DNA of 64,000 bases from Planctomycetota bacterium (GCA_040755855.1 JBFMAD010000005.1:32001-96000), one strand, 5' to 3'; shown: positions 1 through 10,657, counted from the stretch's first letter. The notes: generated from the sequence alone by a model not told the origin. Program-made: numbers and translations.

Positions 1-826
1 GGTGGACCGGCTGTTCCTCGTGGAGCGCCACCTCATCAGCCGGGAGCACGCCGGCGGCGAGGGAGACCGGGGGGTGGCCTTCGGCGGCAACGAGGCCATC
101 AGCATCATGGTGAACGAGGAAGACCACCTGCGAATGCAGAGCATCCGGTCGGGCTTCGAACTGGAAAAGGCGTGGGAGACCCTCGACCAGATTGACGACG
201 CGCTGGAGAAGGAACTGAATTACGCCTTTTCCAGCCAGTTCGGCTATCTGACCGCCTGCCCGACGAACGTGGGGACGGGGATGCGGGTGTCGGTCATGCT
301 GCACCTGCCCGCACTCGTCAGCACGCGGCATTTGGACAAGGTCGTCAACGCCGTGGCGAAGATCAACCTCGTGGTTCGTGGGCTGTATGGAGAGGGCACG
401 GAGGCATCGGGCGATTTTTACCAGATCTCCAACCAGGTGACGCTGGGCAAGTCGGAGAGGGACATCCTCGACAGCGTCCTGAACGCCATCCCGAGGATCA
501 TCACATATGAGCGGAAGGCGCGAGAAAGCCTGATGGCGGAGAATCGAAGGCAGCTCGATGATCGCGTATGGCGCGCCTATGGCATCCTGAACATGGCGCG
601 GTGCATATCGTCCGAGGAGACGCTGCATCTCCTATCGCAGGTGCGGATGGGGGTCAACCTGGGACTGCTTCCCGATGTGGACTTGAAGATCGTCAATGAG
701 CTGTTTGTCCTGACCCTCCCCGCTCACTTGCAGAAACTGACGGGGCGGGAGATTGGCCCGGAGGAGCGAAACATCGTCCGGGCGGATTTTGTTCGAGAGA
801 AGCTTTCCGGGGGGCAAGGATCATAG
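1..826 (+). CDS. mcsB: Protein arginine kinase McsB (5' truncated by the window)
   Basis: ATP:guanido phosphotransferase motifs NEEDHLR, CPTNVGTGMR and RGLYGEG; lies directly upstream of clpC. Confidence 0.93.
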   Translation, partial: VDRLFLVERHLISREHAGGEGDRGVAFGGNEAISIMVNEEDHLRMQSIRSGFELEKAWETLDQIDDALEKELNYAFSSQFGYLTACPTNVGTGMRVSVMLHLPALVSTRHLDKVVNAVAKINLVVRGLYGEGTEASGDFYQISNQVTLGKSERDILDSVLNAIPRIITYERKARESLMAENRRQLDDRVWRAYGILNMARCISSEETLHLLSQVRMGVNLGLLPDVDLKIVNELFVLTLPAHLQKLTGREIGPEERNIVRADFVREKLSGGQGS

Positions 827-838
827 GAGGAATCTTGC

Positions 839-3319
839 ATGTTTGACCGCTTCACTGATCGGGCGCGAAAGGTGATGACCTACGCCAAGGAAGAGGCCCA
901 GCGCTTCAATCATGACTATATCGGCACCGAGCACATTCTCCTGGGCCTGCTCAAGGAAGGGAGCGGCGTCGCCGCGAACGTGCTCCGAAACCTGGATGTG
1001 GACATCAACAAGATCCGCTTCGAAGTGGAAAAGATGGTGGCCAGCGGGTCGGACGTGGCCAAGAAGGGCAATCTCCCCTTTACGCCCCGGGCCAAGAAGG
1101 TCCTCGAGCTGGCCCTCGAGGAGGCCAAGGGCCTCGGCCACAACTATATCGGCACGGAGCATATTCTTCTCGGCCTTCTTCGCGAAAACGAAGGCGTGGC
1201 CGCGCGGGTCCTCCTCAACCTGGGCCTGAAGCTTGAGGAAGTCCGCGAGGAGGTCCTCAGCCTGCTGGGCGCCGAGTTCCCGCCGGAGGCGGAGGAGGAG
1301 AAGCCCGACAAGAAATCCAAGTCCAAGACCCCTGCCCTCGACTCCTTCGGTCGCGATCTGACGGCGCTGGCCCGGGAAGGAAAGCTCGACCCCGTGATAG
1401 GGCGGCAGGATGAGATCGAGCGCCTGGTGCAGGTCCTCAGCCGCCGGACCAAGAACAACCCCGTCCTCCTCGGCGAGGCAGGTGTGGGGAAGACCGCCAT
1501 AGTGGAGGGCCTGGCCCAGAAGATCGTGGCCAACGACGTGCCGGAACTGCTCCGCGACCGGCGGATCATCGTCCTGGACCTGGCCCAGATGGTCGCCGGC
1601 ACGAAATACCGCGGACAGTTCGAGGAGCGGATCAAGGCCGTGCTGAACGAGCTCCGCCGCGTGCGGAACGTGATGCTCTTCATTGACGAGTTGCACACCC
1701 TCGTGGGCGCCGGGGGGGCGGAAGGGGCCATTGACGCCTCGAACGTCCTCAAGCCGCCTCTCTCCCGCGGCGAGATCCAGTGCATCGGTGCCACAACGCT
1801 GGATGAGTATCGGAAGTATGTCGAAAAGGACGGGGCGCTGGAGCGACGATTCCAGACGATCATAGTTGATCCCCCGACGAAGGAAGAGACCTATGAAATC
1901 CTCCTGGGGCTGCGGGATCGGTACGAGGCGCACCACCGCGTCAGCATGACCGATGGCGCTCTAAAGGAGGCGGTGGAGCTTTCGCATCGCTACATTACGG
2001 GGCGCTATCTGCCCGATAAGGCGATAGACGTGATTGACGAGGCGGGGGCCCGCGTTCGTCTGCGCTACACCACTCGCCCACCCGACGTGAAGGACCTCGA
2101 AGTTGAGATCGAGAAGCTCGAAAACGATAAGGATGAGGCGGTGGCCGTGCAGGATTTCGAGCGCGCCGCCAGCCTTCGCGACAGGGCCGAGAAGCTGAAG
2201 ATAAAGAAGAATCAGATTCTCGAGGACTGGAAGGCCAAGTCCACGGAAACCGAAGGCGTGGTGGACGAGGATGTAGTCGCGGAGGTCGTGTCCAAGATGA
2301 CCGGCATTCCCCTGACCCGGCTCGAGACGGCCGAGGCCGAGCGCCTGCTGCACATGGAGGAAGAGCTCCACAAGATGATTGTCAGCCAGGACGAGGCCGT
2401 CGGCGCGATCGCCAAGTCGGTCCGCCGCTCCCGGTCGGGGCTGAAGGACCCGCACCGGCCGATGGGGTCGTTCATCTTCCTCGGTCCGTCCGGGGTGGGC
2501 AAGACGCACCTGGCGCGCGCCCTCGCCAAGTTTATGTTCGGCGAAGAGGAAGCGCTGGTGCAGATTGACATGTCGGAGTACATGGAGAAGCACAATGTCT
2601 CCCGCCTGATCGGCGCGCCGCCGGGCTACGTGGGCTATGAAGAGGGCGGGCAACTGACGGAAAAGATCCGCCGGCGCCCATATGCGGTGGTGCTTCTGGA
2701 CGAGATCGAGAAGGCGCACGTGGACGTCTTCAACATGCTCCTCCAGATCATGGAGGAGGGCCGGCTGACCGACAGCTTCGGCCGGCATGTGGACTTCCGG
2801 AACGTGATCCTCATCATGACGTCGAACATCGGTGCCGACATCATCAAAAACCAGACGTCTCTCGGCTTCCGCAGGACGACTGAGGAGCAGACCTACGAGA
2901 CGATGAAGAAGCAGTTGATGGGCGAGGTGGACCGGGCGTTCCGTCCGGAGTTTCTAAACCGCCTCGATGATATTATCGTTTTCCGCGCCCTCACACGAGA
3001 CAACCTGAGAAAGATCGTTGATCTGGAACTGGCGGAAGTGAGGGACCGGCTCAAGGATCACGGGCTGGATCTGCGGCTGACGCCGGAGGCCATCGAGTTT
3101 CTGATTGACAAGGGATTCGATCCCGACTACGGCGCTCGCCCGTTGAAGCGCGCCATCGAGCGTCGTGTGGAGGACCCGCTCTCCGAGGCCATCTTGCGCG
3201 GCGAGTTCAGAGGCATGAGCGTGATTACCGTCGTGGCGAGGGGCGACGGCCTCGCGTTCGAGGGAAGCCCGAAGCGCGCCCTCGAACCGGCGGGGAGGAA
3301 AAGCGGCGACTTGGCCTGA
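839..3319 (+). CDS. clpC: ATP-dependent Clp protease ATP-binding subunit ClpC
   Basis: Two Clp-N repeats ([13 protein letters not shown]), Walker A motifs GEAGVGKT and [11 protein letters not shown]-like middle domain ([11 protein letters not shown]); RBS AGGAGG upstream. Confidence 0.96.
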   Translation: MFDRFTDRARKVMTYAKEEAQRFNHDYIGTEHILLGLLKEGSGVAANVLRNLDVDINKIRFEVEKMVASGSDVAKKGNLPFTPRAKKVLELALEEAKGLGHNYIGTEHILLGLLRENEGVAARVLLNLGLKLEEVREEVLSLLGAEFPPEAEEEKPDKKSKSKTPALDSFGRDLTALAREGKLDPVIGRQDEIERLVQVLSRRTKNNPVLLGEAGVGKTAIVEGLAQKIVANDVPELLRDRRIIVLDLAQMVAGTKYRGQFEERIKAVLNELRRVRNVMLFIDELHTLVGAGGAEGAIDASNVLKPPLSRGEIQCIGATTLDEYRKYVEKDGALERRFQTIIVDPPTKEETYEILLGLRDRYEAHHRVSMTDGALKEAVELSHRYITGRYLPDKAIDVIDEAGARVRLRYTTRPPDVKDLEVEIEKLENDKDEAVAVQDFERAASLRDRAEKLKIKKNQILEDWKAKSTETEGVVDEDVVAEVVSKMTGIPLTRLETAEAERLLHMEEELHKMIVSQDEAVGAIAKSVRRSRSGLKDPHRPMGSFIFLGPSGVGKTHLARALAKFMFGEEEALVQIDMSEYMEKHNVSRLIGAPPGYVGYEEGGQLTEKIRRRPYAVVLLDEIEKAHVDVFNMLLQIMEEGRLTDSFGRHVDFRNVILIMTSNIGADIIKNQTSLGFRRTTEEQTYETMKKQLMGEVDRAFRPEFLNRLDDIIVFRALTRDNLRKIVDLELAEVRDRLKDHGLDLRLTPEAIEFLIDKGFDPDYGARPLKRAIERRVEDPLSEAILRGEFRGMSVITVVARGDGLAFEGSPKRALEPAGRKSGDLA

Positions 3320-3386
3320 TTCTCCGCCCGCCCGCGCCGAGGCCCTATAGCGGAACAAGGCAACCCGAGGAAGAAAACACCCCTTC

Positions 3387-4184
3387 ATGCAGGCATGGTT
3401 TCGCGCCACAGGCGCTGCGGTTTTGACGGGAATTGAGGCGGTAGGAGGCCTTGCGGTCCTTTTCGCCCGCACGGTGACGGGTCTCTTCCGAAAGCGGCCC
3501 CGCAGGCGGGTTGTCCTCGAGCAGATGCACCAGGTAGGCAATAAGTCCCTGCCGGTTGTTCTTACCACGGGCGCGTTTACGGGGATGGTTCTCGCCGCGC
3601 AGACATACTTCCAGTTCCGAAAACTGGCCGGCATGGAGGCGCAGGTCGGCGCTGTGGTCGGCGTGTCGCTCGTCAAGGAGCTCGGGCCGGTCCTCACCGC
3701 GCTCATGCTTGCCGGGCGCGTCGGCGCAGCCATTACGGCCGAGCTCGGCACCATGCGTGTAACCGAGCAGATTGACGCGCTGGAGACGCTCGGCACGGAT
3801 CCGGTCCGATACTTGGTGACGCCGCGATTCTTGTCCTGTTTTCTCCTGTTGCCGCTGCTGACCGTCATGGCCGATGTGATCGGGATGATCGGCGGATACC
3901 TCGTCGCCGTGGAAGTTTACGGCGTGGACTCGCACTACTACGTTGAGCACACCTGTCTCAATGTGACGGCGTATGCGGTGACGGCGGGCGTGATCAAGTC
4001 GTTCGTCTTCGGGACGATCATCGCCATGGTGGCCTGCTACAAGGGGTTCCACTCGAAAGGAGGCGCCGAGGGCGTCGGTCGGGCCACATGCGAGTCGGTA
4101 GTCGCGGCCTGCATTGCGATTCTGATCAGCAACTTCTTCCTGACGTTGGCGATCGAGGGCGTTCACGACGCGCTGGTGGCATGA
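3387..4184 (+). CDS. mlaE: MlaE-family ABC transporter permease
   Basis: Signatures ELGPVLTALMLAGRVGA, AELGTMRVTEQIDAL and GAEGVG. Confidence 0.9.
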   Translation: MQAWFRATGAAVLTGIEAVGGLAVLFARTVTGLFRKRPRRRVVLEQMHQVGNKSLPVVLTTGAFTGMVLAAQTYFQFRKLAGMEAQVGAVVGVSLVKELGPVLTALMLAGRVGAAITAELGTMRVTEQIDALETLGTDPVRYLVTPRFLSCFLLLPLLTVMADVIGMIGGYLVAVEVYGVDSHYYVEHTCLNVTAYAVTAGVIKSFVFGTIIAMVACYKGFHSKGGAEGVGRATCESVVAACIAILISNFFLTLAIEGVHDALVA

Positions 4185-4927
4185 TCCGTTTCGTTGACGT
4201 GCATAAATCTTTCGGCGACAAGCCCGTCCTCCAGGGAGTGAACCTGGAGGTCAAGAAGGGGGAGACCCTTGTGATCATCGGGCGCAGCGGATGCGGCAAG
4301 AGCGTGCTCCTGAAACACGTCGTCGGCCTGATCCGGCCCGACCAGGGGGAGATATATGTGGATGGAGTGGACATGACGAAGCTCGACGGCGACGACCTGA
4401 TGAGACGCCGGAGGCGCTGCGGCGTCCTGTTCCAGGGTGCGGCGCTCTTTGATTCGCTGACCGTCGCCGAGAACATCTCCTTTTACTTGGACGAACATAC
4501 GGACCTTCCGGCGGAGGAGATTGACAAGACGGTCCGCGAGAAGATGCGCATGGTTCGGCTCGCCGACGAGCTCCTGGACAAAAAGCCCGCCCAGTTGAGC
4601 GGCGGGCAGAAGAAGCGCGTGGGCCTGGCCCGCGCCCTGGCGATGGGCCCGGAGATTATGCTCTACGACGAGCCCACGACGGGACTGGACCCCATTACCG
4701 CCGATGCTATCAACAAACTGATCCGGGAGACCCAGCGCCGCGTCGGCACCACGGGCATCGCCGTCACGCACGACATGGCCAGCGCCTATACCATCGCCGA
4801 CCGCATCGCCATGCTCGACGAGGGGCGCATCATCGCCGTCGGCGCGCCGGAGGAGATGCGAAATTCCTCCGACAAACGGGTCACAAACTTTATCAACGGC
4901 ATCGCTGAGGACATATCCGAGAACTGA
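4181..4927 (+). CDS. mlaF: MlaF-family ABC transporter ATP-binding protein
   Basis: Walker A GRSGCGKS, LSGGQKKRV, YDEPTTGLD; ATG at 4181 overlaps the mlaE stop (ATGA). Confidence 0.9.
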   Translation: MIRFVDVHKSFGDKPVLQGVNLEVKKGETLVIIGRSGCGKSVLLKHVVGLIRPDQGEIYVDGVDMTKLDGDDLMRRRRRCGVLFQGAALFDSLTVAENISFYLDEHTDLPAEEIDKTVREKMRMVRLADELLDKKPAQLSGGQKKRVGLARALAMGPEIMLYDEPTTGLDPITADAINKLIRETQRRVGTTGIAVTHDMASAYTIADRIAMLDEGRIIAVGAPEEMRNSSDKRVTNFINGIAEDISEN

Positions 4928-4944
4928 CCATACGAGGGACCATT

Positions 4945-6009
4945 GTGGCAAAGAGCAATCTGGAAATCAAAATCGGCGTGTTCGTGACGGTCGGCATCGT
5001 CTTGCTGATGGCCATGATCATCATGTTCGGCGAGTTTCGCTTTTTTCACAACACATACACCGTAACCTGTTATTTCAAGGAATCCATCAGCGGGATCACG
5101 CCGGGCGTTGATGTCACCATGCTGGGCAAGAGAATCGGGGAGGCCGCGAGTTTCGAGATCACACCCGAGCCCCAGGTCAAAGCGGTGCTCAAGATTGACA
5201 AACAATATCGAATCCCGAAGGACTCCACCGTCCGGAAGGTGCAACAGAGCTTCCTCGGCGACTACTACCTCTCCATCAAGCCGCCGGATGGGACGATTAA
5301 GGAGATGATCCCCACGGACGATTCGGCAGTCCTGGAGACAGTCGTGGACACGTCGCTCGGCGATCTCGCGCCAAAGGTGGACCAGTTTCTGAAAGACTAT
5401 GAGCCGCAGATCGCGGAATTGATGAAGAACCTGAACAGCGCGGTGGCAAGCCTGAATCAGATCGTCAGCGACCCGGCGTCGCAGAAATACCTCAAGGACG
5501 CGCTGCGGGACGCCTCGGCAACCGTGGCGAAAGGCCCCGGCATCGCCGACGAAGTCGCCGCTGTCGTCAAAGAGTCCCATATCCTGGTTCAGAACCTGAA
5601 CAAGACGACCGCCACCTTCGACGCGCAAGTCAGCGCGCTCGGCAAAGACTATCAGAAGGTGGCGAAGGATATCAATTCCGTCGCAGAGAAACTCGACGCC
5701 ATCCTTTCCTCTATGAAAAAGATCTCCGACAAGGCCACAAGCGAGAGCACCGTCGGCAAGCTGGTGTCCGACACGGAGCTCTACGCAAAGATGGTCGAGA
5801 CCCTGGACCAGGCCAAGGCCACCCTCTCCCAGATCAAACGGACGATGCAGTATTTTGAGGAACATCCCTCGGACCTCGTCTGGGGCAGCCGCAAGAAGAT
5901 GAAGGAGCCCGAAACCCAGCCCTGGTGGGAGAAACTCTTCGCAAAGGAAAAAGAAGAGGACAAGCCGCACCACCCCGAAAAGGAATCCCTGGAAAAGGAA
6001 TCCAAGTAA
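4945..6009 (+). CDS. mlaD: MCE/MlaD-family substrate-binding protein
   Basis: N-terminal TM helix (EIKIGVFV), MCE-like region (FLGDYYLSIKP), long helical tail with GKLVSD; follows mlaEF. Confidence 0.85.
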   Translation: MAKSNLEIKIGVFVTVGIVLLMAMIIMFGEFRFFHNTYTVTCYFKESISGITPGVDVTMLGKRIGEAASFEITPEPQVKAVLKIDKQYRIPKDSTVRKVQQSFLGDYYLSIKPPDGTIKEMIPTDDSAVLETVVDTSLGDLAPKVDQFLKDYEPQIAELMKNLNSAVASLNQIVSDPASQKYLKDALRDASATVAKGPGIADEVAAVVKESHILVQNLNKTTATFDAQVSALGKDYQKVAKDINSVAEKLDAILSSMKKISDKATSESTVGKLVSDTELYAKMVETLDQAKATLSQIKRTMQYFEEHPSDLVWGSRKKMKEPETQPWWEKLFAKEKEEDKPHHPEKESLEKESK

Positions 6010-6016
6010 CCTGTTT

Positions 6017-6097
6017 GTAGCTGAACTCGCCAGAGTTCGGAACCCACGTTTCACGGAGAAACAGTTGGAAGATCGGAAGTCTGGCGACTTCCGCTAC
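6017..6097. repeat. Inverted pair of GTAG-tagged REP-like palindromes
   Basis: GTAGCTGAACTCGCCAGAGTTCGG (6017-6040) faces CGGAAGTCTGGCGACTTCCGCTAC (6074-6097); a further copy starts at 38602. Confidence 0.75.
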
Positions 6098-6103
6098 CGA
6101 AGA

Positions 6104-6167
6104 TGTCATTCCCGCGCAAGCGGGAATCTACGAGGGAATGTGGATGCCTGCTTTCGCGGGCATGACA
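6104..6167. repeat. Inverted pair of TGTC/CGTC-type palindromic repeats
   Basis: TGTCATTCCCGCGCAAGCGGGAATCTA ... TGGATGCCTGCTTTCGCGGGCATGACA. Confidence 0.75.
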
Positions 6168-6181
6168 CACGAACGACAAGC

Positions 6182-6300
6182 GTGTGCCACGCCCAAGGCC
6201 GCGTCTTCGCGGGCTTGAGCGTGCGAATGGCGGGAGAAATCCGCCAGCCAAAGGGCACGCTCAAACAATCCCGCGCGGACGCGGGATGAGCGTGGCACAC
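6182..6300. repeat. Third palindromic element bounded by GTGTGCCACGC / GCGTGGCACAC
   Basis: 11-bp terminal inverted repeat with internal hairpins, including TTGAGCGTGC/GCACGCTCAA. Confidence 0.6.
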
Positions 6301-6353
6301 AACGTGTCCAATGTGAATTTTGCCCTGGCCAGCATGTTGTGGAATAGAGATCC

Positions 6354-7706
6354 ATGGCCAAGACGAGAACCATATTCGTTTGCCAGGAGTGCGGCGCCCA
6401 GGCCCCCAAGTGGATCGGGCGGTGTCCCGAATGTGGCAAGTGGGACAGCATGGTGGAGGAACGACAGGGGCCGCCCCAGGCACCGCGCCGCGCCTCCCTC
6501 ACGAGCACGGCCCCTCAGCCCATCTCGGCGGTCGAGTCTGTTGCGGAGCCGAGGATATGTTCCTCCATTGAGGAATTTGATCGGATTCTGGGCGGCGGCG
6601 CCGTCATCGGCACGACGGTCCTCATCGGCGGCGACCCGGGCATCGGCAAGTCCACCCTCCTGCTTCAGGTCTGCGAGATGGCCGCCCGCAACGGCCACAC
6701 GGCGCTCTATGTCTCCGGCGAGGAATCCGTCAAGCAGACCAAACTCCGCGCCCAGCGGCTGGGCGTCTCCTCCGACTCCCTCCTCGTCGTTGCTGAGACG
6801 AACCTCGACGAAATCCTGGGACATATCGAGCGGTGCTCACCCGACCTCGTCATCATTGACTCCATCCAGATGATCTACAAGCAGGACCTTCATTCGGCGC
6901 CGGGCAGCGTCTCCCAGGTCCGCGAGTGCGGGGCCGAGATGGTCTATCTCGCCAAGCGGACGGGCATCCCCATCTTCCTCATCGGCCACGTGACCAAGGA
7001 TGGGGCCATCGCAGGGCCGCGCGTCCTGGAGCACATGGTGGACGCCGTGCTCTACTTCGAAGGCGACAAATTCCACGCCTTCCGCATGTTGCGGGCGGTC
7101 AAGAACCGCTTCGGCTCCACCAACGAGATCGGCATCTTCGAGATGCGCGACACCGGCCTCCAGCCGGTGGCGAACCCGTCGGAGATTTTCCTGTCGAAGC
7201 GCTCCCGGCAGAAATCGGGTTCCGTGGTCGTGCCCTGCATCGAGGGGACGCGCGCCTTCCTCATCGAGATCCAGGCCCTCGTGGCCACGGCCAACTTCGG
7301 CACGCCCGAGCGGCGGGTGAGCGGCGCAGACCGCAACCGCGTGAGCATGCTCATCGCCGTCCTTGAAAAACGGGCGGGCCTCCAACTAGGCGGCTGCGAC
7401 ACCTTTGTCAACGTCGTCGGCGGCGTGCACATTGACGAACCCGCTGCGGACCTCGGCATCGCCCTCGCCCTGGCGTCCAACTTCCAGGAGCGCCTTCTGC
7501 CGCACGATGTGTTTGTCGTCGGCGAGGTGGGGCTTGCCGGGGAAGTGCGGCCCGTGGGCCACATTGACATGCGCATCCGTGAGGGGCGCAAGCTCGGCTT
7601 TCGCTTCGCCCTCGTCCCGGTTGACAACGCCCCAGGCATCAAGGGGGACGGTCTGGAGATCGTCCCCGTGGAGACGATCGAGGCCGCGCTCGACCAGTTT
7701 GAATGA
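6354..7706 (+). CDS. radA: DNA repair protein RadA/Sms
   Basis: C4 zinc finger CQECG...CPECG, GDPGIGKST, KNRFG motif, Lon-like C-terminus. Confidence 0.96.
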   Translation: MAKTRTIFVCQECGAQAPKWIGRCPECGKWDSMVEERQGPPQAPRRASLTSTAPQPISAVESVAEPRICSSIEEFDRILGGGAVIGTTVLIGGDPGIGKSTLLLQVCEMAARNGHTALYVSGEESVKQTKLRAQRLGVSSDSLLVVAETNLDEILGHIERCSPDLVIIDSIQMIYKQDLHSAPGSVSQVRECGAEMVYLAKRTGIPIFLIGHVTKDGAIAGPRVLEHMVDAVLYFEGDKFHAFRMLRAVKNRFGSTNEIGIFEMRDTGLQPVANPSEIFLSKRSRQKSGSVVVPCIEGTRAFLIEIQALVATANFGTPERRVSGADRNRVSMLIAVLEKRAGLQLGGCDTFVNVVGGVHIDEPAADLGIALALASNFQERLLPHDVFVVGEVGLAGEVRPVGHIDMRIREGRKLGFRFALVPVDNAPGIKGDGLEIVPVETIEAALDQFE

Positions 7707-8833
7707 AAATTCTCGTTGACGCACACACCTTCTCCGTCGATCACCCCACCGGGGTCAGCCTCTACATCCGCAACCTCCTGCTCGCCCTGAGCCGGATTGA
7801 CGGGAAGAACGAATACACGATCCTGTTCAATGCCTTTCGCCGGGGCTATTCCGAGAGAATCCGGGCCGCCTTCGCGGGACTCGGTGGGAACTTCCAGATG
7901 GAATTCAGCCGTTTCCCCAGCACGATGAACCGCCGCCTTCGCGACTGGCTCTGGTACGACCTGTATCTGCCCCATCAAGTTTGCCGATGCAGGCCGGACG
8001 TGCTCTTCTGCCCCGACTTCATCGCCCCGACGCGGGTCGCCGTTCCCGTCGTCGTCACCGTCCACGACCTTTGCCCGATTCTATATCCCGAGTTCTCGGA
8101 ACGCGCTGTCTGGTACGCGCCTCGCCGACAGATTGGGACATCCATCGCAAAAGCGAAATTTGCGATGGCGGACTCCGAGTGCGTCCGGCGCGACATCATC
8201 CGACTCTTCGGCGCGGCCCGGGAAAAGATCGTGACGGTTCACCTCGCCGCCGATCCGCGTTTTCAGCAGCCCCCCGTTCTCGAAGCACGAGAGGGCATAG
8301 CGCGGAAGTACGGTATCCAGAGGCCCTTCGCCCTCTGCGTCGGAAGTCCGAATCCTCGGAAAAACATCCGCCGCCTCGTGGCCGCCTTTGGCCTGGCTCG
8401 GCGGGAAGGCGGTGTGGAGCACGAACTGGTGATCGCGGGGCCGTACACGGAGTCGGCATGCAACCGACAGGAAGGCGTCAGGGCAATCGGCTATGTGCCG
8501 GACGACGATCTCGCGGCGCTTTACCATGCGGCGGACTTCTTCCTGTTCCTGTCCCGCTACGAAGGCTTCGGCATCCCCCTCGTTGAAGCGATGTCATGCG
8601 GAGCACCCGTCATCACATCCGACCGCGGGACGATGAAAGAAATCGCCGGCGACGCGGCGCTGCTCGTTGACCCCTGCGCCGTCCGCGCGATCGCGGATGG
8701 GATCATTCGGCTTGCGAACGACGCGCCTCTCCGCGAGAATCTTGAAACCAAGGGACTGAAACAAGCGAAGCTGTTTTCCTGGGACACGGCAGCAGCCGAG
8801 ACGCTGGCGGTGTTCGAGAAGGCGGCTCGGTGA
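7703..8833 (+). CDS. Glycosyltransferase family 4 (GT-B fold)
   Basis: RKN motif and EGFGIPLVEAM (E-x7-E); ATGA overlap with radA. Confidence 0.88.
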   Translation: MKILVDAHTFSVDHPTGVSLYIRNLLLALSRIDGKNEYTILFNAFRRGYSERIRAAFAGLGGNFQMEFSRFPSTMNRRLRDWLWYDLYLPHQVCRCRPDVLFCPDFIAPTRVAVPVVVTVHDLCPILYPEFSERAVWYAPRRQIGTSIAKAKFAMADSECVRRDIIRLFGAAREKIVTVHLAADPRFQQPPVLEAREGIARKYGIQRPFALCVGSPNPRKNIRRLVAAFGLARREGGVEHELVIAGPYTESACNRQEGVRAIGYVPDDDLAALYHAADFFLFLSRYEGFGIPLVEAMSCGAPVITSDRGTMKEIAGDAALLVDPCAVRAIADGIIRLANDAPLRENLETKGLKQAKLFSWDTAAAETLAVFEKAAR

Positions 8834-8855
8834 ACAAACTCAGCCCTGTGGGGGG

Positions 8856-9356
8856 TTACTCATATTTTCCGCCGTGCTCTTTGAGGAACTGGGCGATCTT
8901 CTTTTTCTGCTCGGGCGAGAGGTGAGCAAGGGCGGCCAACTCATCGAGATGGCGCGCCCAGAGGTTCTCCGCCCATTGCTGATGCTCGGCCTGCCACCGC
9001 AACATATCCTCAGCCATGACCTCCTCGATGAGCAGTTTTAGTTCAGCTCGTGCGCGATCGTTCATACCTTGCGGCGCGAGGGCCTCGATCTTGGAGACGT
9101 GATCCCGCGTCGAATCAATGTCTCGCTGGATTTCATCCATCTGGGGGGCCAGCTCCGAGTAGGACTTCAGCACATCCTGAACGGCGGAGGAGAGCGTTGC
9201 CACCTTGTCGAGTTCCTTCCTGAGTTCCGCGTTTTCCTTTTGCAGGCGGGCCATCTCGGCCTCCAGCCCCGCCGTGCGGCGAGAGCAACCGGACAGGGCT
9301 GACAGGCAGACGATCCCTGCGACAAGATGATGGGTAGCAAACGATGCGCGTATCAT
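8856..9356 (-). CDS. Hypothetical coiled-coil lipoprotein
   Basis: Lipobox LSGC followed by heptad-like helices. Confidence 0.6.
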   Translation of the reverse strand: MIRASFATHHLVAGIVCLSALSGCSRRTAGLEAEMARLQKENAELRKELDKVATLSSAVQDVLKSYSELAPQMDEIQRDIDSTRDHVSKIEALAPQGMNDRARAELKLLIEEVMAEDMLRWQAEHQQWAENLWARHLDELAALAHLSPEQKKKIAQFLKEHGGKYE

Positions 9357-9386
9357 AGTCGTTTGGCCGAAAACAAGTGGATCCGC

Positions 9387-9770
9387 TTACGAGGGGGATT
9401 GCGACGGATCGCACGGCCCGTCGTCGGTTGCGCCTTTCCTGTTCATCTCCTCGCGGGCGGCCTGGCGGGCCCGTTCGGCGGCGGATTCGGCGGCGGCCGC
9501 CGCCTCGCGGCGCATGGCCGCGGCGGCGTTTCGGGCGCGGGCAAGACTGGACTGCATGGCATGCTGCCTCTGCCGTGCGACATAGATCTGCATATTCAGC
9601 CCCATCGTCGCCAGGCCGACGGGGCCGCCCTTGACATTGTTCGCCAGCGATGCGCTCTGCGTGTTTACCGTCGCTCGGCCTCGGAACTTGCAGCCGGAGA
9701 GGACGCAGGGAAACGCAATGAGCAGCATGATAACAATGCGGGACAACGTCTGTGACGGGCATCTTGGCAT
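9387..9770 (-). CDS. Hypothetical lipoprotein with Ala/Arg-rich helix
   Basis: ATG at 9770 with GGAG upstream, hydrophobic stretch and LSGC lipobox. Confidence 0.5.
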   Translation of the reverse strand: MPRCPSQTLSRIVIMLLIAFPCVLSGCKFRGRATVNTQSASLANNVKGGPVGLATMGLNMQIYVARQRQHAMQSSLARARNAAAAMRREAAAAAESAAERARQAAREEMNRKGATDDGPCDPSQSPS

Positions 9771-9838
9771 GGCAAACTCCCTTAGAGAAGCTCCCAGGTG
9801 ATGCATACTTTGATATATTTTACACAAAGGGGGGCGAC

Positions 9839-9949
9839 GTGTCAAAGGGCTTTTGGGACAAATCTGAAAAAAGGTTGCCAGGATGGGTCCGGATTGGTAT
9901 GTTGTATCTATTACCCATCGTGATAGCTGTCGCTCTCCAGATAAAATAG
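9839..9949 (+). CDS. Candidate 36-aa single-TM small protein
   Basis: AAGGGGG then GTG; MSKGFWDKSEKRLPGWVRIGMLYLLPIVIAVALQIK; stops 9 bp before the next gene. Confidence 0.4.
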   Translation: MSKGFWDKSEKRLPGWVRIGMLYLLPIVIAVALQIK

Positions 9950-9958
9950 GAAGGTCGC

Positions 9959-10456
9959 ATGGCAAGGTCCACGAAACTCACCTACAAGTGCAAGGCATGT
10001 GGCGCAGAGTATGACGACGAGCAACGTCGTAGCTACGTTGAAGGATTGCTCAAGACGTTAGGTCCGGCGGCCGAAAGCCACCTCGTGAAGGGCCATACCA
10101 AGTGCATCAAGTGTGGCGCCGAGGATGTGGAGGCCACGAAGGTTGAACTCGAACAGTCGCGTTGCTTGATCGCGACGGCGGCCTACGGATCGCCGTTCCA
10201 TCCATCGGTCTGCGCCCTGCGGCGTTGGAGAGATCATACGCTCCGTCGCACCGCGGCCGGCCGCCTGTTCGTGAAGGCGTACTACGCCGCCAGTCCCCTA
10301 TTCGTCCCGATTATCCGCCGAAACCCGTGGGCACGAAGGAAAATCCGGGGGGCGCTGGACCGGCTCGTCGCGGCCGTCACCGAGGATCGCAAACCGCAAG
10401 CCCCCGACCGCACCGTTCGCCGGCTGGGGAGCGAGGTGATGGGTAATAAGCGGTAG
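9959..10456 (+). CDS. Zinc-ribbon protein with CFI-box-CTERM-like domain
   Basis: CKACG...CIKCG, then CLIATAAYGS...LRRWRD..L...AGRLFVKAYY..SP. Confidence 0.75.
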   Translation: MARSTKLTYKCKACGAEYDDEQRRSYVEGLLKTLGPAAESHLVKGHTKCIKCGAEDVEATKVELEQSRCLIATAAYGSPFHPSVCALRRWRDHTLRRTAAGRLFVKAYYAASPLFVPIIRRNPWARRKIRGALDRLVAAVTEDRKPQAPDRTVRRLGSEVMGNKR

Positions 10457-10511
10457 GTGATAAATCTCACCCCACCTAAAACCCTTGTCAAACAATGGCT
10501 TGGGATGATTC

Positions 10512-10606
10512 TGGCGGAGAGGCGGGGATTCGAACCCCGGGAGGGGAATAATACTCCCCTCAACAGGTTAGCAACCTGTCGCCTTCAGCCACTCAGCCAC
10601 CTCTCC
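10512..10606 (-). tRNA. tRNA-Ser(GCT)
   Basis: Reverse complement GGAGAGGTGGCTGAGTGG...ACAGG-TT-GCT-AA-CCTGT, long variable arm, GGTTCGAATCC, encoded CCA. Confidence 0.96.
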
Positions 10607-10657
10607 GCTCGCGTCGCATGGGCCGGACAGGACTTTGCCCATCCCTTACCTTTAATA

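Noticed and set aside
6010..6310. CRISPR array, or the short ORFs listed here
   Set aside because: The repeats are inverted pairs of different families, not direct repeats with spacers, and there are no cas genes. The ORFs are by-products of the palindromes.
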